Of a stretch of DNA of 952 nt, positions 1-952 are shown one piece after another. The notes under the pieces were generated by a model, which saw nothing but the letters and a program-made list of their open reading frames with translations, made no database searches and was not told the DNA's origin. The DNA lies in assembly GCF_003334335.1 (NCBI RefSeq), contig NZ_QOWQ01000136.1; one strand, given 5' to 3'. The stretch comes from Escherichia coli (GTDB lineage Bacteria; Pseudomonadota; Gammaproteobacteria; Enterobacterales; Enterobacteriaceae). Within the stretch, counting starts at the first letter, position 1, and every line of letters begins with the position of its first letter. A program made the translations under genes and the position numbers.

Positions 1-102
1 GTTGAGGTCATGAAAATTGCTGGAGATGCCCAGCTTTCTACCCCATGCACTGACAGCATCATAAACAGCATTGCAACGGGCATTCGCATCAAAGGAGAGT
101 GA
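1..102 (+). CDS. 3' end of an upstream ORF (5' truncated by the window edge); hypothetical protein, C-terminal 33 aa ...VEVMKIAGDAQLSTPCTDSIINSIATGIRIKGE*
   Basis: Frame 1 is open from base 1 to the TGA at 100..102. The stop lies 1 nt before the ATG at 104, a stop/start arrangement typical of translationally coupled phage genes. No similarity recognised from memory; a 33-codon open stretch alone is weak evidence. Confidence 0.4.
   Translation, partial: VEVMKIAGDAQLSTPCTDSIINSIATGIRIKGE
93..97 (+). promoter_or_regulatory. Shine-Dalgarno ribosome-binding site (AGGAG) for the ATG at 104
   Basis: AGGAG at 93..97 followed by a 6-nt spacer and ATG at 104..106; near-consensus SD at optimal spacing. 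It sits inside the last codons of the upstream ORF. Confidence 0.65.
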
Positions 103-103
103 G

Positions 104-295
104 ATGAACGGACAAATCTCAATTGTTCGACCGGGAGCATGTGACGATCGCGAGATACGAATGATTATTCGTCTGGCGATGGGGAGAACAATAACAGCTC
201 TCATTACTCCAGAAAATCTCGCATTAGCTTTAACCGGAAAGTCAGAACTGCCAGTGGAGCTAAAACTGCGAAATGTTGAGATTAAGGTGAAATAG
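104..295 (+). CDS. Small hypothetical protein, 63 aa (MNGQISIVRPGACDDREIRMIIRLAMGRTITALITPENLALALTGKSELPVELKLRNVEIKVK); function unknown
   Basis: ATG at 104 with an AGGAG SD 6 nt upstream; open to TAG at 293..295. The ORF track starts this frame at TTG 71, the first start-like codon after the in-frame TAA at 62..64, but that start has no SD and would overlap the upstream ORF by about 30 nt. Same strand and 2-nt gap to the downstream gene. No family recognised from memory. Confidence 0.65.
   Translation: MNGQISIVRPGACDDREIRMIIRLAMGRTITALITPENLALALTGKSELPVELKLRNVEIKVK
284..289 (+). promoter_or_regulatory. Shine-Dalgarno ribosome-binding site (AAGGTG) for the ATG at 298
   Basis: AAGGTG at 284..289 followed by an 8-nt spacer and ATG at 298..300; it lies within the last codons of the small ORF, consistent with translational coupling. 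Confidence 0.6.
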
Positions 296-297
296 CT

Positions 298-952
298 ATG
301 ACCACTATTACCAAAGAACGTATTGAATTGTTCATTAAAAATCCGCTTGAAAACGGGCTTACTCGTGGCGAACAAATGGAACTGGCACGAATTGCACTGG
401 CATCACTGGAACGCGAACAGATTCGCCACGAGCATGCCAAATGGTCTGACTCCACATTTGGCTGCGTTGGCCCCATTGGTCCACTGAAACACCTCTCAAA
501 AGAGGCACTGGAAGCCGCAGCCGAACCAGACGATCTTAGCGAGTGGGCTGATATGCAGTTTCTGTTGTGGGATGCACAGCGCCGTGCTGGCATCAGCGAT
601 GCTGAAATTACCGCTGCTATGGAAGATAAATTGAAGATCAACATGGAGCGCCAGTGGCCTGAGCCAAAAGATGGTGAGCCTCGCTTGCACATTAAAGAAC
701 CCGGCAACTCTCCGGTAATTCCGGATGGTTTATCCACGGTATGCGCTGAGGCTTATCAGGTTGTAGGAGTTATGGCAGATGCGCTTGGTGTATTCGGTGA
801 TGCAGCAGTACAGAAAGTTCTGGATAACCTGTCACAGCAAAAACTTGTTCACAGAGATGTGCTGCCGTTCTCGCTTCCGGTAACTCCGGATGGTTGGATA
901 AGCTGTAGTGAGCGAATGCCGGATGATGGTCAGCACGTAATTATTTTATGTG
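298..952 (+). CDS. MazG-like all-alpha nucleotide pyrophosphohydrolase (DUF550-like, putative dATP/dGTP pyrophosphohydrolase) fused to a C-terminal DUF551-like module; 3' partial, 218 codons visible, no stop in window
   Basis: Frame 1 is open from ATG 298 to the window end, checked codon by codon with no stop. Translation begins MTTITKERIELFIKNPLENGLTRGEQMELARIALASLEREQIRHEHAKWSDSTFGCVGPIGPLKHLSKEALEAAAEPDDLSEWADMQFLLWDAQRRAGISDAEITAAMEDKLKINMERQWPEPKDGEPRLHIKEPGNSPVIPDG... It contains E-A-L-E (aa 69-72, nt 502..513) and E-W-A-D (aa 82-85, nt 541..552), matching the ExxE...ExxD divalent-metal-binding signature of the MazG/HisE-type NTP pyrophosphatase superfamily. The C-terminal ...PDGWISCSERMPDDGQHVIILC resembles, from memory, the start of DUF551 modules found in enterobacterial prophage proteins. 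Domain assignment is from recollection of family patterns, not a database search. Confidence 0.85.
   Translation, partial: MTTITKERIELFIKNPLENGLTRGEQMELARIALASLEREQIRHEHAKWSDSTFGCVGPIGPLKHLSKEALEAAAEPDDLSEWADMQFLLWDAQRRAGISDAEITAAMEDKLKINMERQWPEPKDGEPRLHIKEPGNSPVIPDGLSTVCAEAYQVVGVMADALGVFGDAAVQKVLDNLSQQKLVHRDVLPFSLPVTPDGWISCSERMPDDGQHVIILC
711..730 (+). repeat. Direct repeat copy 1 (tccggtaattccggatggtt); encodes S-P-V-I-P-D-G-L in the CDS frame
   Basis: Read directly from the sequence: 19 of 20 nt identical to 876..895, in the same reading frame, 165 nt apart start to start. It contains an imperfect palindrome TCCGG-N5-CCGGA. Confidence 0.85.
876..895 (+). repeat. Direct repeat copy 2 (tccggtaactccggatggtt); encodes L-P-V-T-P-D-G-W in the CDS frame
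   Basis: Read directly from the sequence: 19 of 20 nt identical to 711..730 (single T/C difference at repeat position 9). It is immediately followed by the DUF551-like WISCSERMPDDG segment. Confidence 0.85.

Noticed and set aside
50-65. Promoter-like hexamers (cTGACA at 50..55, CATAAA at 60..65)
   Set aside because: The two elements are only about 4 nt apart rather than about 17, and they lie inside the upstream ORF. No convincing sigma70 promoter.
71-103. TTG at 71 as the start of the small ORF, as given in the ORF track (74 aa)
   Set aside because: TTG 71 is simply the first start-like codon after the in-frame TAA at 62..64. It has no SD upstream and would overlap the upstream ORF by about 30 nt, whereas ATG 104 has an AGGAG SD at 6-nt spacing. 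The longer form cannot be fully excluded.
104-295. Possible identity with phage lambda orf63, suggested by the 63-aa length and a likely early-operon location
   Set aside because: This is a length and context coincidence only. I cannot recall the lambda orf63 sequence well enough to claim homology, so no gene symbol is assigned.
496-690. 64-aa minus-strand ORF from the six-frame track
   Set aside because: Same reasoning: it is antisense to the catalytic-motif region of the + strand gene, short, and has no recognisable features. Most likely a spurious open frame.
282-737. 151-aa minus-strand ORF from the six-frame track
   Set aside because: It lies entirely antisense to the well-supported + strand MazG-like CDS. 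The translation is rich in Ser, Arg and Cys and low in complexity, as expected for the reverse complement of a real gene. I checked no start context for it, and a real gene here would overlap a conserved catalytic region on the other strand.
765-774. Internal AGGAG followed by in-frame ATG (772..774) that could give a separate DUF551-only product
   Set aside because: The gap between AGGAG (765..769) and the ATG is only 2 nt, too short for efficient initiation. More likely an ordinary internal Met codon.
711-895. The direct repeats as target-site duplications of a small mobile element, or as CRISPR repeats
   Set aside because: The repeats and the intervening 145 nt are in-frame coding sequence with codon usage like the flanks. 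There are no terminal inverted repeats of an element, no transposase, only two copies, and the repeat length and spacing do not fit a CRISPR array. An in-gene module junction or duplication is the simpler reading.
900-952. AT-rich 3' end (gtaattattttatgtg) as a possible terminator
   Set aside because: There is no preceding GC-rich stem-loop and the reading frame is still open through this region, so it is coding sequence continuing beyond the window.

Overview
The window holds three tightly packed genes on the + strand, separated by only 1-2 nt, which looks like an early/accessory operon of an enterobacterial lambdoid prophage (my attribution from memory, not a search). (1) Bases 1..102 are the open 3' end of an upstream gene. 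(2) Bases 104..295 encode a 63-aa protein of unknown function with a strong AGGAG ribosome-binding site; the ORF track's TTG start at 71 is probably an over-extension. (3) Bases 298..>952 are a long ORF that runs off the window end, which is why the ORF track omits it. Its product resembles a MazG-like all-alpha dATP/dGTP pyrophosphohydrolase (DUF550-like) joined to the start of a DUF551-like C-terminal module. Both minus-strand ORFs in the track lie antisense to this gene and are most likely artefacts. The most unusual structure is a 20-nt in-frame direct repeat (711..730 and 876..895, 19/20 identical) bracketing a 145-nt segment exactly at the junction between the two domains. I see no RNA genes, CRISPR array, IS element or convincing promoter or terminator. 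The leading hypothesis for a new system is a prophage nucleotide-pool-modifying (defence or counter-defence) module, but this is inference only.
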